From: Acinetobacter phage nACB2
Direction: 5' to 3' (one strand)
Sequence record: OQ032512.1
Length of the DNA stretch: 64,000 nt
Both the position numbers and the translations under genes were made by a program. The notes under the pieces are model-generated. The model saw nothing but the letters and a program-made list of their open reading frames with translations, was not told where the DNA came from and ran no database searches. Position 1 is the stretch's first letter; each line of letters opens with the position of its first letter. Positions 37,780 through 47,693 of this stretch are shown here, one piece after another.

Positions 37780-37809
37780 CTTTACTTGGTGCTGATAATA
37801 CAGTATAAT
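37780..37809 (+). promoter_or_regulatory. Early promoter CTTTAC-N18-TATAAT
   Basis: ctttac 37780-37785, tataat 37804-37809. Confidence 0.55.
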
Positions 37810-37866
37810 GTTCTTCATTCAGGTAATAACCTGTATTAATGTCTCAAACAATTTAGGAGAATAGAC

Positions 37867-38142
37867 ATGAACCGTACTGAACTTGTAGCTGCTGTAGCAA
37901 AAACAACTGGCCAAACTCAAGTATCTGTTGAAGCAACAGTGAAAGCAATTGAAGCAGAAATCACTAACCAATTCGTAGCTGGTAACGGCGTACAACTTAT
38001 CGGCTTTGGTTCATTCAAAGTAACTCCAGTTGAAGCGCGTAAAGGTCGCAACCCGCAAACTGGTGAAGAAATTGATATTGCTGCTACTAAACGCGTTACA
38101 TTCAGCGTTGCTGATTCAACCAAAGAAAAATTAAAAGGCTAA
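37867..38142 (+). CDS. HU/IHF-family histone-like DNA-binding protein
   Basis: MNRTELVAAVAK...GFGSFKV...RKGRNPQTGEEI is a near-canonical HU sequence. Confidence 0.85.
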   Translation: MNRTELVAAVAKTTGQTQVSVEATVKAIEAEITNQFVAGNGVQLIGFGSFKVTPVEARKGRNPQTGEEIDIAATKRVTFSVADSTKEKLKG

Positions 38143-38157
38143 ATTTTTCTCAGGTAC

Positions 38158-38186
38158 AAAAAAGCCCCTTGCGGGGCTTTTTTATT
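38158..38186. terminator. Terminator aaaagcccc-ttgc-ggggctttttt
   Basis: Hairpin plus T-run. Confidence 0.7.
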
Positions 38187-38346
38187 GGCTGTCTATTTCT
38201 CTGGATTGCTTCTTTCCTTGTTGACGCTCAATTCTATGCGTCATAATTTTTGTATACTTTCCTACACAACCTCCGCCTTTGTTACAAGGTCTAGCTGTCC
38301 AATAGTCGTATCCAACTGGTTTACTGCCTTTACGCGTTCTACTCAT
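38182..38346 (-). CDS. Small basic Cys-containing protein
   Basis: MSRTRKGSKPVGYDYWTARPCNKGGGC... Start taken at the second Met. Confidence 0.3.
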   Translation of the reverse strand: MSRTRKGSKPVGYDYWTARPCNKGGGCVGKYTKIMTHRIERQQGKKQSREIDSQ

Positions 38347-38391
38347 TTCACTCTCCGATAAAAAATGAGACTTGCGTCTCATTTTGATAAA

Positions 38392-38637
38392 TTACTCAGG
38401 CATACCTAAATGTACACCTTTTTCATCATAGAGCCGTCGCCGTAGCTCTATATTATTAACTTCAATTTCAACCATGCGGTCTTTAGTTTTATTATGCTCA
38501 GTTAAGAGATAATTGTATTTGCTCTTCGAGTCCTCTAGACCTTTCTGTAGATGTTTGTTTTCACGTCTTGATAATTCATATAGTATACAAAGAACGCAAC
38601 AAATAGCTCCAAGAAAAGCAACAACGCCAATATCCAT
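38392..38637 (-). CDS. Small membrane protein with coiled-coil tail
   Basis: TM segment VVAFLGAICCVLCILY then a charged helix. Confidence 0.4.
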   Translation of the reverse strand: MDIGVVAFLGAICCVLCILYELSRRENKHLQKGLEDSKSKYNYLLTEHNKTKDRMVEIEVNNIELRRRLYDEKGVHLGMPE

Positions 38638-38969
38638 TATAGCATCACTCCAAGTGTTATGATTATAACAATAATTAGATGAGCTATTTGATCCTGAAAA
38701 AACGTTAAACGGCTGTCATTCTTCATGAAGTCGATAATGAAATGCGATAAAACCATAAACCACATTGAGACCATAGCGACGTTAGACTCGTGTCCAAGCG
38801 CCTTCAGTACGATATAAACGCCCAAACCGTGTATAAAACAATGAGCTAAAAGAATAATTGACCAGTTAGGGTCAACGTGTCTAGATTTATGAACAGCGAC
38901 AAAATCCCCTTGCAACGGAAAGTCGCAAAGGAAGTGGACTGCCAATAGTATAGAAAAAAGTTCGATCAT
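38637..38969 (-). CDS. Polytopic membrane protein
   Basis: Three or four hydrophobic segments. Confidence 0.4.
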   Translation of the reverse strand: MIELFSILLAVHFLCDFPLQGDFVAVHKSRHVDPNWSIILLAHCFIHGLGVYIVLKALGHESNVAMVSMWFMVLSHFIIDFMKNDSRLTFFQDQIAHLIIVIIITLGVML

Positions 38970-39505
38970 GCTTTATACAACCATTTAGAACGCTCACGCG
39001 CTTCACGCGCTTCAGGCAATTGAGAAACGTCCATAGTAACAATTTTGTCATTGCCAAGATTATTACTTGAGCGAATGCGCAATTTACCGCCATTGATGTA
39101 TAGGTCTTTGCCTTCCATCCAACCAATGTAGAATTCATTTTCAGCGCCTGTATTTTTATATAGACGCATGTCTTCAGCTACACCAAGCGTCATTTTGAGG
39201 TCTACACCGCCTTGAACCAATTCAATTTTAGCAGAAACAATTTTCAGTCCGCCGTACAGCTCTAGTTTTTTATAGCCTTTAATCTGTTGGTTAATGTGAT
39301 AATCCAGCGCTTGAGCATCTTCTTCAGTAATGAGAGCGTTCGCTTCGCTGTATTGTTGTTTGATTGAAGCAAGTAGACGCGCAGCCTGTTCACTGAATAA
39401 TAAGGTTTGTTCTGAACCACTGCGTAGGTCAATTTCTTCAGCTTGGGGTTGTTGAACTTTCTGATGTTTAGAATCTAGAATTAAAGCAGCCATTATGGTC
39501 TCCAA
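38966..39505 (-). CDS. Hypothetical protein
   Basis: ORF only. Confidence 0.4.
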   Translation of the reverse strand: METIMAALILDSKHQKVQQPQAEEIDLRSGSEQTLLFSEQAARLLASIKQQYSEANALITEEDAQALDYHINQQIKGYKKLELYGGLKIVSAKIELVQGGVDLKMTLGVAEDMRLYKNTGAENEFYIGWMEGKDLYINGGKLRIRSSNNLGNDKIVTMDVSQLPEAREARERSKWLYKA

Positions 39506-39508
39506 ATA

Positions 39509-40447
39509 TTACCAATGAACAATATTTACTGTGCAAAGTTGTTTGCCTTTAAGGGTTTTGATAGATGCACAGCCCTTTAGCATATTGAGGTCACCGAATG
39601 AGAATTCAATTGGGCCAAGGCTGATATCTCTAAGATCGGTATACACAGTGCGTACAATGTCGCCACTAGATGGTCTGAAAGAACGTTTGATATGTTCATC
39701 TTCTTTGCTTTTAGAAGAAAGACCAGACAAAAACAGGATATTATCTTCTGGTTTGGTGAAAGGTATCATAAACGTCTGACGAAGGAAGCTATCAAGCAAA
39801 GAGCCACGGAAATCAGCGCCTTCTACTTGGAAATCAACGTTGCGAAATGGCAATTCACTTTTCACGCGAGAGATGAGATTGTGCATATGATGGAATACAG
39901 CCATAAACACGCGGTATTGTTCAGGTTCATCAATACGCTTCATATAAAGACTTCCAGTATTGAAATGGTCTCCAATGAAATGTAATTTCACGTCAACCTC
40001 GCCTTTAGACATGATTATAGCCTGAGCCTTTTGAATACTGATACTCAACGCTTGATCTAGGTTATCGTTGTTACGATCATAGAAGGCGTTGAAGTCTTTA
40101 AAAATGACATGATGAGTAGCTTTATTTTCTGAAGCTGATACAGAACCACCTTCAGATGATTCCGGAGAAAGATTTATTGGCTTATATGTCTCTAACAACT
40201 TAGAAACAAATGCGCGTTCAACCTTATTCATGTTACGACTTACGATTGCTGTCGTTGATGGAAGCGCAGAATCTAGGTTGACTGTCTCTACCTTTTCACC
40301 TTTAGCATGAGCAGCTGCACATTCTTTAACCCAAAGTCTTGCTGTTGACGGCGGTATGTTGAATTTTGAAGCAATTGTATTTACATGTAAGCCCTGACGT
40401 ATTGCTTTGAATACATCTTGCTTGAACGTTTTAGAATACTTTGGCAT
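39509..40447 (-). CDS. DNA-binding protein with an N-terminal IS3-OrfA-like HTH
   Basis: KTFKQDVFKAIRQGLHVNTIASKFNIPPSTARLWVKE. Start at the ATG with a GGAG SD (MPKYSK). Confidence 0.4.
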   Translation of the reverse strand: MPKYSKTFKQDVFKAIRQGLHVNTIASKFNIPPSTARLWVKECAAAHAKGEKVETVNLDSALPSTTAIVSRNMNKVERAFVSKLLETYKPINLSPESSEGGSVSASENKATHHVIFKDFNAFYDRNNDNLDQALSISIQKAQAIIMSKGEVDVKLHFIGDHFNTGSLYMKRIDEPEQYRVFMAVFHHMHNLISRVKSELPFRNVDFQVEGADFRGSLLDSFLRQTFMIPFTKPEDNILFLSGLSSKSKEDEHIKRSFRPSSGDIVRTVYTDLRDISLGPIEFSFGDLNMLKGCASIKTLKGKQLCTVNIVHW

Positions 40448-40510
40448 AACTATTAACTCCATATACTTGGGTTAATCATAGCCTATTCTTTGTAATATTA
40501 TAAAAATCAA

Positions 40511-40540
40511 AAAGGAAGCATTACGCTTCCCTTTTGGTTG
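40511..40540. terminator. Terminator GGAAGC-attac-GCTTCC with flanking A/T runs
   Basis: Read from the sequence. Confidence 0.6.
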
Positions 40541-40553
40541 GTCTTGTATTACT

Positions 40554-41123
40554 TCAAGACAAAAGTATTGCCGTCAGTTCATCTTGTTTCTTCAGAAGTT
40601 TATTCCAAACAAACCCCATTACTGATGCAATGGCAATGGATAAGGCAATGATGGCGTAATGATCAACTGAATAACCTAGATACGTTAGTACAAATACTAC
40701 TACTAGAGCCAAAACCACCGCTACGAAAAAGCCCTTGCGCATGAGCTCAATCTTAGTTTCGTTTTGTTTCAACTCAATCAACGTTCCAAGCATTTCTTTT
40801 GAAACTACAAAACGGCTGAACTCGCGAATGTCGTAAAAGCTCTTTTTAATCCATGTTGCAAACAAATTGATTAAAAGACGATTTTGTTCCTTTCCGAAGT
40901 CAAAAACGCCGTCTTGTAAGGCGCGTATCACAGCACGACTATCAATATCGTCAAAGAACTTAAACACGGCTGAAGCTACTTCTTCAACCGTGGAAATACT
41001 GTTCTTAAACGACGTCTGTAAATCCAAACACAATGAATGAGCATTTACCAAGACAACATCTTCATCTTGTACTGGTTCAACCCAATGGAATTGTTTTGAA
41101 ATTTCAGGAATCGTTAGCATCAT
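40554..41123 (-). CDS. Hypothetical protein with C-terminal TM helices
   Basis: FFVAVVLALVVVFVLTYLGY...IIALSIAIASVMGFV. Confidence 0.4.
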   Translation of the reverse strand: MMLTIPEISKQFHWVEPVQDEDVVLVNAHSLCLDLQTSFKNSISTVEEVASAVFKFFDDIDSRAVIRALQDGVFDFGKEQNRLLINLFATWIKKSFYDIREFSRFVVSKEMLGTLIELKQNETKIELMRKGFFVAVVLALVVVFVLTYLGYSVDHYAIIALSIAIASVMGFVWNKLLKKQDELTAILLS

Positions 41124-41135
41124 GATTCTCTACTC

Positions 41136-42615
41136 CTAGAATAGGGAGTCAAGGCTGAACGATGTCGGAGCCTTTGCCTCCCAATTTATTGCTGTTAAAA
41201 AGTTAGTCAAAGGCGAAATGAAGCACTTATTGAATGCTGTTTCTTTATCAATAAACTGATCAAGTTTGAACTCCTTCGGCAATTGATCATCATATGATAT
41301 TACTTCCATACCGAAAGGCGAACCCTTCCGTAATGGTAACACAAAATATTTATTCCCGCTACGAAGTGGCATGATATGTGTCACTTCCAACCGTTTCAAT
41401 AGATTGTTATGGTTCACTGCGCCTTTAACGTGATAAGGTGTACCCTTTACGTAATTACCGCTACTATCTAGATAGTCTTCAATGTTGTTGATATTTTGAG
41501 CAGCGCCGTACTCATTAATATCTCGATCCTTTTTGAAGTCTGTTTCACAAGCGTCAACAAACTGATGCATCTCAGTCATTCGATCATTCAACGCAAATTC
41601 ATAACACTTCTTCATCCAATCTCGACAGAACATTGGGTAGTTTGATTTACGCGCTTCTAAGCCAACAATCTTCAGCTTAGGAGACGCGAATCGAACGCCT
41701 TCATTATCTGTTAATAGCATAGCGTATCTTTTCTTAGTAGTAAAGATGGCAACTGTAGAAATCGCTTCTCGCTTAAAGAAAAGAGCATTGATTGGGCAGT
41801 TATATGAAGCAGCTAGTTCTTCAGCCCATTGGATGAATAGTGGTTCAAGAACGTCTTTAGCGAGTTCATCAAGTTTGTCAGTTTTAGCTTCAACAGACAA
41901 CTTATCCCAACCTTCGGCTTTCACCACTTCTTTAAATTCAACGTACACAGAGTCTGTATCACCGTAGAAACAGTGATCACCTGATAGACCGTATTTGTTA
42001 TTGATCCATTCGTTCAAGCGGAACATGATATGACGCGTTGAACATTGTCCAGCTGTAGTAATTGCTTCTGCAATACGAATATCAAAGTGGTCAGCAAAGT
42101 TTTCATTCGCAATCGCGCCGTAACCAGCGTTGGCAGCAATTTTATGCGAGTGTTGGTTTGAATCGCCGTTCTGAATGATTGTTTCCCATTCATCCTTCTG
42201 CTTATAGAACCCTGCGTCCTTCTCTAGACATTCATCAAGATATTTTTTCTTGATAGATTCTAAAGAGCGTTCATCATTCTTCATTTGACGTTTAATCGCA
42301 GAACGCGTGTCGTACAAGTCTTTGAATACGCGACGTAACAGAGATGGACGCTCAATCTTGAACATGGCTAAGTTTGGAGCCATACAAACTTTAAGGCGCT
42401 TGAGTACTTGGAAATCATATGGGCGTTCAAAATATACATCCCAAATGCCTTGACGAGCACGGAAGCGTTCAGCGTACAAACGTGTATATTTGTCTTGTTG
42501 GTCTTCAGGTAAAGATTCCAATTCTTTTGCTAGTGCATCTAGAATCTGTTCTGTAATAGCCCAAGGAATCAAGGTCTCAACGCCCATATTGAACTGTTGC
42601 GCCATGTGTGGATAT
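41136..42615 (-). CDS. 43: DNA polymerase gp43, exon 2 (motif A YP onward, motif C YGDTDS, C-terminus)
   Basis: YPHMAQQFNMGVETL aligns with T4 gp43 YPSIIRQVNISPETI. YGDTDSVYV present. The first 57 aa of the 549-aa track ORF are intron sequence. Confidence 0.8.
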
Positions 42616-43788
42616 CCTTTATGTTCAGATGAGTTCGTGATTCTCATCCCGGAATTGTATCCAGCTTGTATTCGCATACAAGAGCAGACTATATCATCAC
42701 CCACGTTATACGTTTGGTACGCTGTTGTAACTAGCGCAGATGAGCTATACTCACCGTGTCTCCCGTTTCCAATTAAGCCATACATTTAGGCACCACACTT
42801 GGCTGTACTATGTCTTGCGACTGTCTAGTCGTTGAACCTTTCAGAACTTCTTTGATCTTTAGTGTATACAGTTCTACATCTAAACCTTTTAATTTCAATG
42901 GCTTGACGTAGTTAGATGCTAGTGTTCCGTTTTGGTTGAAGATTGTTTTGCCTTTCGCTTGAGCCTTCAGATAGTAAGCAAACAATTGTTCGTCAGACCA
43001 TCCAATGATTTCAAGTTTCTTGCGTTCAAGACTTTCTTTGAATTTTTGCTTTCCATCTTCTGATTGCATCGGGTTAGATTGTTCAAACCCTTTACCATCT
43101 AGATGATGTTTCAATTCGCCAGAAATATATCTTGGATCATTCTTTTCAGTCATAAATGTATTACCGTCTGAGTCTTTAACAACAACTCGTCCAGTCATGT
43201 ATTCTTGACTACGTTTAGTGATGCTTTTAGCAGTTTCTTCATCAGCCCCAAAGAACTTTTTACCGTTCATATCGGGTCTAGAAACACCGCGTTTAGTCTC
43301 ACTAATCTTCAACTTCACATCTTCGCGCTTAGATGGATTGTTCTCACCTGAGTTCATTACGCTAGCATTCAATCTAGCTTCAACGGTATACTCAGCGCCA
43401 TCTCTAGTTGTTGTCATTAAGTGATACGCAAATCCCATACCTCGAGTTTTTGCGCCTAACATCAATAATCTATGCGCTTCGACGTGTTCTAAAATAGATA
43501 AATCTATCAGATTCCACTTAGCATTTCTGTATTCATAAAAATCGCAGACTGGAAGAATATGATGACACTCTGTTACGCCATAACCTTTAGCAGACAAAAT
43601 GAATTCCACGTACTGTTCTAGTACAGCGTGGTCACCATTCTTGTAAGTCTGTTTCAAAGCATCTAGCATTTGTAAAGCGTTCATATAATTCACCATTCTG
43701 ACTTGGCTGCTGATTGTCTCAGTGAGAGTTCCCAGCAATTAAAGAGATTTTCATTGTATTATTACTAATACAAGCCCCTTATCAGTTA
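42616..43788 (-). mobile_element. Group I self-splicing intron (1173 nt) carrying an HNH homing-endonuclease ORF in P6
   Basis: P1 is exon GCCCU paired with IGS GGGGC, with U.G at the 5' splice site. P2 is UUGUAUUA-GUAA-UAAUACAA. Elements P (AAUUGCUGGGAA), Q (AAUCAGCAG), R (GACUA) and S (GAUAUAGUC, + strand 42687-42695). P9 is cuuguau-GCGA-auacaag. Terminal G at 42616. Splicing joins ...DANAL|YPHM... in frame. Confidence 0.75.
42773..43696 (-). CDS. HNH homing endonuclease (intron-encoded)
   Basis: ECHHILPVCDFYEYRNAKWNLIDLSILEHVEAHRLL. ATG MVNYMNALQ immediately follows element Q. Confidence 0.7.
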   Translation of the reverse strand: MVNYMNALQMLDALKQTYKNGDHAVLEQYVEFILSAKGYGVTECHHILPVCDFYEYRNAKWNLIDLSILEHVEAHRLLMLGAKTRGMGFAYHLMTTTRDGAEYTVEARLNASVMNSGENNPSKREDVKLKISETKRGVSRPDMNGKKFFGADEETAKSITKRSQEYMTGRVVVKDSDGNTFMTEKNDPRYISGELKHHLDGKGFEQSNPMQSEDGKQKFKESLERKKLEIIGWSDEQLFAYYLKAQAKGKTIFNQNGTLASNYVKPLKLKGLDVELYTLKIKEVLKGSTTRQSQDIVQPSVVPKCMA

Positions 43789-45053
43789 AGGGCATTAGCA
43801 TCCACTGAAACCACGTCTTCGTACCGTCCTGGCTTCAAATCTTTAACGTATCCGCCAGCGTAATCAGGCTTAGAATTCACGCGCGCACGAATTTCAGAAT
43901 ATTCTTTGCCGCGTGCTCCATAGCCGTACATCAAGTATTGCCAAGGAAGTACTGTCGCATTTGTGTCGTCTGGATTACAATGGAATAAGAAAGCCAGCGT
44001 ATATGCCAGTTGTAACATCTTAGTCTTTTCGGCAATGCGCTTAACTAAGTTCACGTCATGAATGTTGTATGAGATGTAGTTCTGGAAGTCTTTGTAATAG
44101 AATTCAGTCAGGTTTTTATAATCGCTATGGTCAACCTTTTCTTCACCCAAGAAGTGTTTTGCGGCTGTGTTTAGCTTTTTGTTATCCAATTCTACAAAGG
44201 CGTGTTTGTCAACGATGTCTTTCAAATCGAGGTTGCTGATACCTGCAATGTTGAAAGTCACTTCTTCGCCATAAGGTCCTTGGAAGGTACGCTTGCGCAC
44301 GTAATCTAGTGGAGAAATGCGTTTGAGCTGATCTCGTCCAAGAAGGGCGTCAATACGGTTACAGAAATATGCAATATCAAACGTGTCGCTGTTCCACCCT
44401 GAAATATAGTTGTATTCGGCATCTGCGAAATGATCAACAAAATCTGCAAGTAAGTCTAGCTCAGAGTCATAACCAACATATTCAATTTGTTCTGGCGTGA
44501 TATGTTTAGCTACTTCAGGCGGTAACTTTTCTACATCGAAAGTACCAATATATTCGCCCTTGAACGTCTCAAGACCAAATACAAAGAATTTATTTGTAAA
44601 TGTGTCATAAACCGTGATGGCTGTGACTTCGTATTGAGCTAGAGCAGGCTCAGGGAATGGGCCACTAAAGATAACGCCTTTTGCGTCTTTATAACCAGAC
44701 TCAACCTCAATATCCAGAAGCGCGCCGCGGATATGTTTCATATCAAACGTAATCTGCTTTTCAGGATAACGTTCAGCCACATATTGAGCTAGAGGGTTGT
44801 CAATGCCGTAGATTTTGTAGTTAGGAACGTTCTTCATTTCATCTAACCATTGATCCATGGCATAGATGTTATCAAAAGTCACAGCCTGTAAGGGTAGACC
44901 ACCTAGAGAACGGTGTTCAGATTCTTGATCTTGAGATGGTACAAATAACTTGGGCTTGAAATGAATTTCTGAAGTACCACGTACGCCATTTTCTACGTAG
45001 CGCTCAATGATTTTTTCTTTATGCTTGGTTAGTGAAGTGTAAAAACGAGACAT
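43789..45053 (-). CDS. 43: DNA polymerase gp43, exon 1 (3'-5' exonuclease domain through the start of motif A)
   Basis: Exo I FDIEV. Ends ...VSVDANAL, equivalent to T4 ...MSFDLTSL. Confidence 0.8.
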
Positions 45054-45132
45054 ATATCTCTTCTCCTATGATATCGGGTTAATCATAACCCCAAAAGCTG
45101 TTAAGTATTAATAATCAAATGAGGTCAAACAA

Positions 45133-45642
45133 ATGCAGGATATTATCTATTCCAACGCCCAGTCAAACAATTTCTTGGTTGTAATTGAGATGATGGAGAA
45201 TATTCAATTCAAATTGTATGACATTCAGATGCCTATGTTCAGCGCTTCATCTACAATTGTGCCTACTGACACAGACCGTCAAATAAGGATTCCAGGGTCT
45301 CACATTGAGGTAGACCAACTTCAAATCAACTTCTTTGTAGATGAACTTTGGAAAAACTATATTGATTGTTACAAGTGGATGAAAGATTGTACTGGTAATC
45401 CAGATCCATTTGCTCATTCAAAATCAGTTGCGGTACTGCCGCTAAATAGTAATAAGAAGCCCGTGGGCGTTGCCTTTGTCTTCTCAGACTGTCATGCAGT
45501 CAACCTTGCGCCTTTATCACTAGATGCTGAAGGTGAAACAACAGATGTTGTAATGGGTTTGACACTAGACTTTTCTGATATGACAGTAGAGCAATGGTTC
45601 AACGAGGACGGTACGACGAGAGTCACTTTCTCCAATGGATAA
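45133..45642 (+). CDS. Tail-tube-fold protein (gp19/gp54/gp48-like paralog)
   Basis: RQIRIPGSHIEVDQLQINFFVDELWKNY..W parallels gp19 RTVPLPGDRQFEEFSITLLAVNDF..W. GAGG SD. Confidence 0.35.
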   Translation: MQDIIYSNAQSNNFLVVIEMMENIQFKLYDIQMPMFSASSTIVPTDTDRQIRIPGSHIEVDQLQINFFVDELWKNYIDCYKWMKDCTGNPDPFAHSKSVAVLPLNSNKKPVGVAFVFSDCHAVNLAPLSLDAEGETTDVVMGLTLDFSDMTVEQWFNEDGTTRVTFSNG

Positions 45643-45666
45643 TAGGGTGCAGCCCCTATTATCCAT
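45643..45666. terminator. Bidirectional hairpin TAATAGGG-tgcag-CCCTATTA
   Basis: Between convergent genes. Confidence 0.5.
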
Positions 45667-45671
45667 CTTTT

Positions 45672-45932
45672 TTACCAAAGGTCATCGCTACAGACCGCCG
45701 ATAATTCAACCTTCAATTGTCCACATTCAAAGGCGTGTGCGGCAGCTTCAGTTCTGTTGTAGTACTTTCCGTACTCATCAACAAAACCTTGATTCAGTCC
45801 CTTGCCCCAGTCGAAAGCCACGCTCTCGTCTAAGTTCAGTCGTTCCATCATTCTTATCGCATCAGAATGTCTTAGTGGGTTGGGAACAGCTATTAATATG
45901 TCCCCGACCTTTACTGCAGCACCTATTATCAT
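45672..45932 (-). CDS. Hypothetical 86-aa protein
   Basis: More protein-like than the overlapping + ORF 45635..45976. Confidence 0.45.
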   Translation of the reverse strand: MIIGAAVKVGDILIAVPNPLRHSDAIRMMERLNLDESVAFDWGKGLNQGFVDEYGKYYNRTEAAAHAFECGQLKVELSAVCSDDLW

Positions 45933-45939
45933 TTCAATC

Positions 45940-46719
45940 TCACAATAACATCAAAGGTGGAATATCGTACCAATGAGCAAATTGACGTTGGAAACGAGCC
46001 GACTTGTCCATTAACTCATCTCTCATATTATCAACTTGTTCAATGAATACGTGGGCTTTATTACGCTTCTTATCTTCCTCTGAAGCTAGAATGACGATAT
46101 CATCAATCTTTTCTCCATAACGCTCTTCATGCATTACTGCATATAAAGCGCCTTGAAGGAAGTAGTCGCGCATGTCTTCTCGACCTCGAACATAGTTTTT
46201 GTTCTTGTAGTCAAGAATAGCTCTACGTTTGCGGAATGTACCCATCAAGTCACAACGCCCAGCAACTCGCAACTTGTCTGACCACAATGCATGTTCAACA
46301 TACGACCAGTCATCCAATTCACCTAGAACAACGCGTAGTTGCTCATACATGAAAAAGAATTCGCCTGTTGCAGCTTCAGCGTCGTATGGTATACCCTGTA
46401 CATAATGCTCTAAGGCGTCATGAATAGCGGTACCACGATCTGTAGAACGTTTTGAGATACGATTGGCTTCAGCTTCTCCTACGCGCTTCCGCCACGCAAT
46501 GAGATGAGTTTCGTCTTCAAAAGCCCCCAGAAACGTAGTTGCTGACGGATAGATGCCACCATTAGGCGTTCTATAATAACGTCTTCCATCAAAATGAAAA
46601 GTCTCGCCCCATTTTGACTCCGGCACTAAACTGTCAATGATGCGCTTTGGAAATACCTTATTTCCAGACTTTGGTACACCTTCGGTTGTTATCTTCTTTA
46701 AATCTGCAAATGAAACCAC
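45940..46719 (-). CDS. PD-(D/E)xK-family nuclease
   Basis: GRCDLMG...ILDYKN is a D...(D/E)xK signature. Confidence 0.45.
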   Translation of the reverse strand: MVSFADLKKITTEGVPKSGNKVFPKRIIDSLVPESKWGETFHFDGRRYYRTPNGGIYPSATTFLGAFEDETHLIAWRKRVGEAEANRISKRSTDRGTAIHDALEHYVQGIPYDAEAATGEFFFMYEQLRVVLGELDDWSYVEHALWSDKLRVAGRCDLMGTFRKRRAILDYKNKNYVRGREDMRDYFLQGALYAVMHEERYGEKIDDIVILASEEDKKRNKAHVFIEQVDNMRDELMDKSARFQRQFAHWYDIPPLMLL

Positions 46720-46720
46720 A

Positions 46721-47119
46721 TTACTCCCCTAGTGTAACTATAGTGTCACACTCCTCACTCAGAAAATTCTTGGCACTAAAACAAGTACCACCTACATCTT
46801 CATAGTTGCGCTGAAATTTGGAAACAACGGCTCTCCACCCAACCTTTTCATCATAATAGATGACTACATGCTCACCGTCAAATTTAATGTCTTTGAGGCG
46901 TTCAGCGAGCGGAGTAGAAAAGTTAAAACGCTTCTCTACAAAAGCGCCCATGCCTTTTATCTTTTCCACAAGTAGTGTCTTTTCAGATTCTGAAAGCTCT
47001 TTCAAACCTGTAATCCAGACGCGTGTATATCTGGATTGAGTTATTCTTAGTTTGTCTTTCATAAGGAAAGTCTTCCAATGATAAAGGCTACCGCCAAACA
47101 AACGGCGGTCTGAATCCAA
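46721..47119 (-). CDS. Hypothetical protein
   Basis: ORF only. Confidence 0.4.
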   Translation of the reverse strand: MDSDRRLFGGSLYHWKTFLMKDKLRITQSRYTRVWITGLKELSESEKTLLVEKIKGMGAFVEKRFNFSTPLAERLKDIKFDGEHVVIYYDEKVGWRAVVSKFQRNYEDVGGTCFSAKNFLSEECDTIVTLGE

Positions 47120-47219
47120 GCTGAAATATTAGATGTGCGCCCCAATTGCTTTCTCGACTCAATAATGAGAAGTACTATAATGGTAGCAACCAATAATGTA
47201 ATAGATAAAGCGCCGTTCA

Positions 47220-47693
47220 TTAGCCGTTACCATTCATCATGCGTCTGAAGTCAATAGCGTACTTGATGGTGTACGTGCGTTCAGACATAGCTTTCTTGGA
47301 TTCTTCGAGAAATTTGACAATGCGTTCTTGAATCTGAAGTTCCAATTTAGATAGGATGAACTCTTCATCCACTTTGATGAATTCATCAATTTCTGACTTC
47401 AACGGAGCTACGCGTAATGGACGTTGTTTGTATGTCTCTTCTGAAGCTTTACCACCGTAGTAGCTTTTCAAACGACCTTTCAGCATGTCATGAGAGATGG
47501 TCAGTTTGTCCAACTTCTTGAATTCACGGCTATAAAGGCGTTGTAGCTTAGAGAAGATATTGACATGTTTCAACGCTTCGCCATCAAGTTGTTCAGAGTT
47601 GATTTCCAATAAGGCATCTACCTCATTATGGATCTGTTCAAGCATATCAGTACGTTCTTGAACGCGTTCGGCTGGGGTCAATTGTTGAGACAT
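47220..47693 (-). CDS. uvsY: UvsY recombination mediator
   Basis: RLKSYYGGKASEE...ERTYTIKYAIDFRRMMNG aligns with T4 UvsY RLDYYSGRGDGDE...SRGFAIKHIQDMRAFEAG. Confidence 0.6.
   Translation of the reverse strand: MSQQLTPAERVQERTDMLEQIHNEVDALLEINSEQLDGEALKHVNIFSKLQRLYSREFKKLDKLTISHDMLKGRLKSYYGGKASEETYKQRPLRVAPLKSEIDEFIKVDEEFILSKLELQIQERIVKFLEESKKAMSERTYTIKYAIDFRRMMNGNG

Noticed and set aside
41136-42785. The 549-aa ORF read as an intact C-terminal DNA polymerase subunit (43B) starting MYGLIGNGRHGEY...
   Set aside because: The first 57 residues have no counterpart in gp43. They overlie the intron P7/P9 region (S element, GCGA-looped P9), and splicing at 42616/42615 gives an in-frame motif A. The true exon starts at 42615.
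42616-43788. Intein or split-intein explanation for the interrupted polymerase
   Set aside because: The insert is not in frame with the exons. It contains stops, lacks the C/S...HN-[CST] boundary residues, and carries all the group I RNA landmarks.
45635-45976. + strand 113-aa ORF overlapping the - strand 86-aa ORF
   Set aside because: Pro/Arg/Ser-rich, low-complexity translation typical of antisense reading. The - strand ORF is protein-like and fits the operon.
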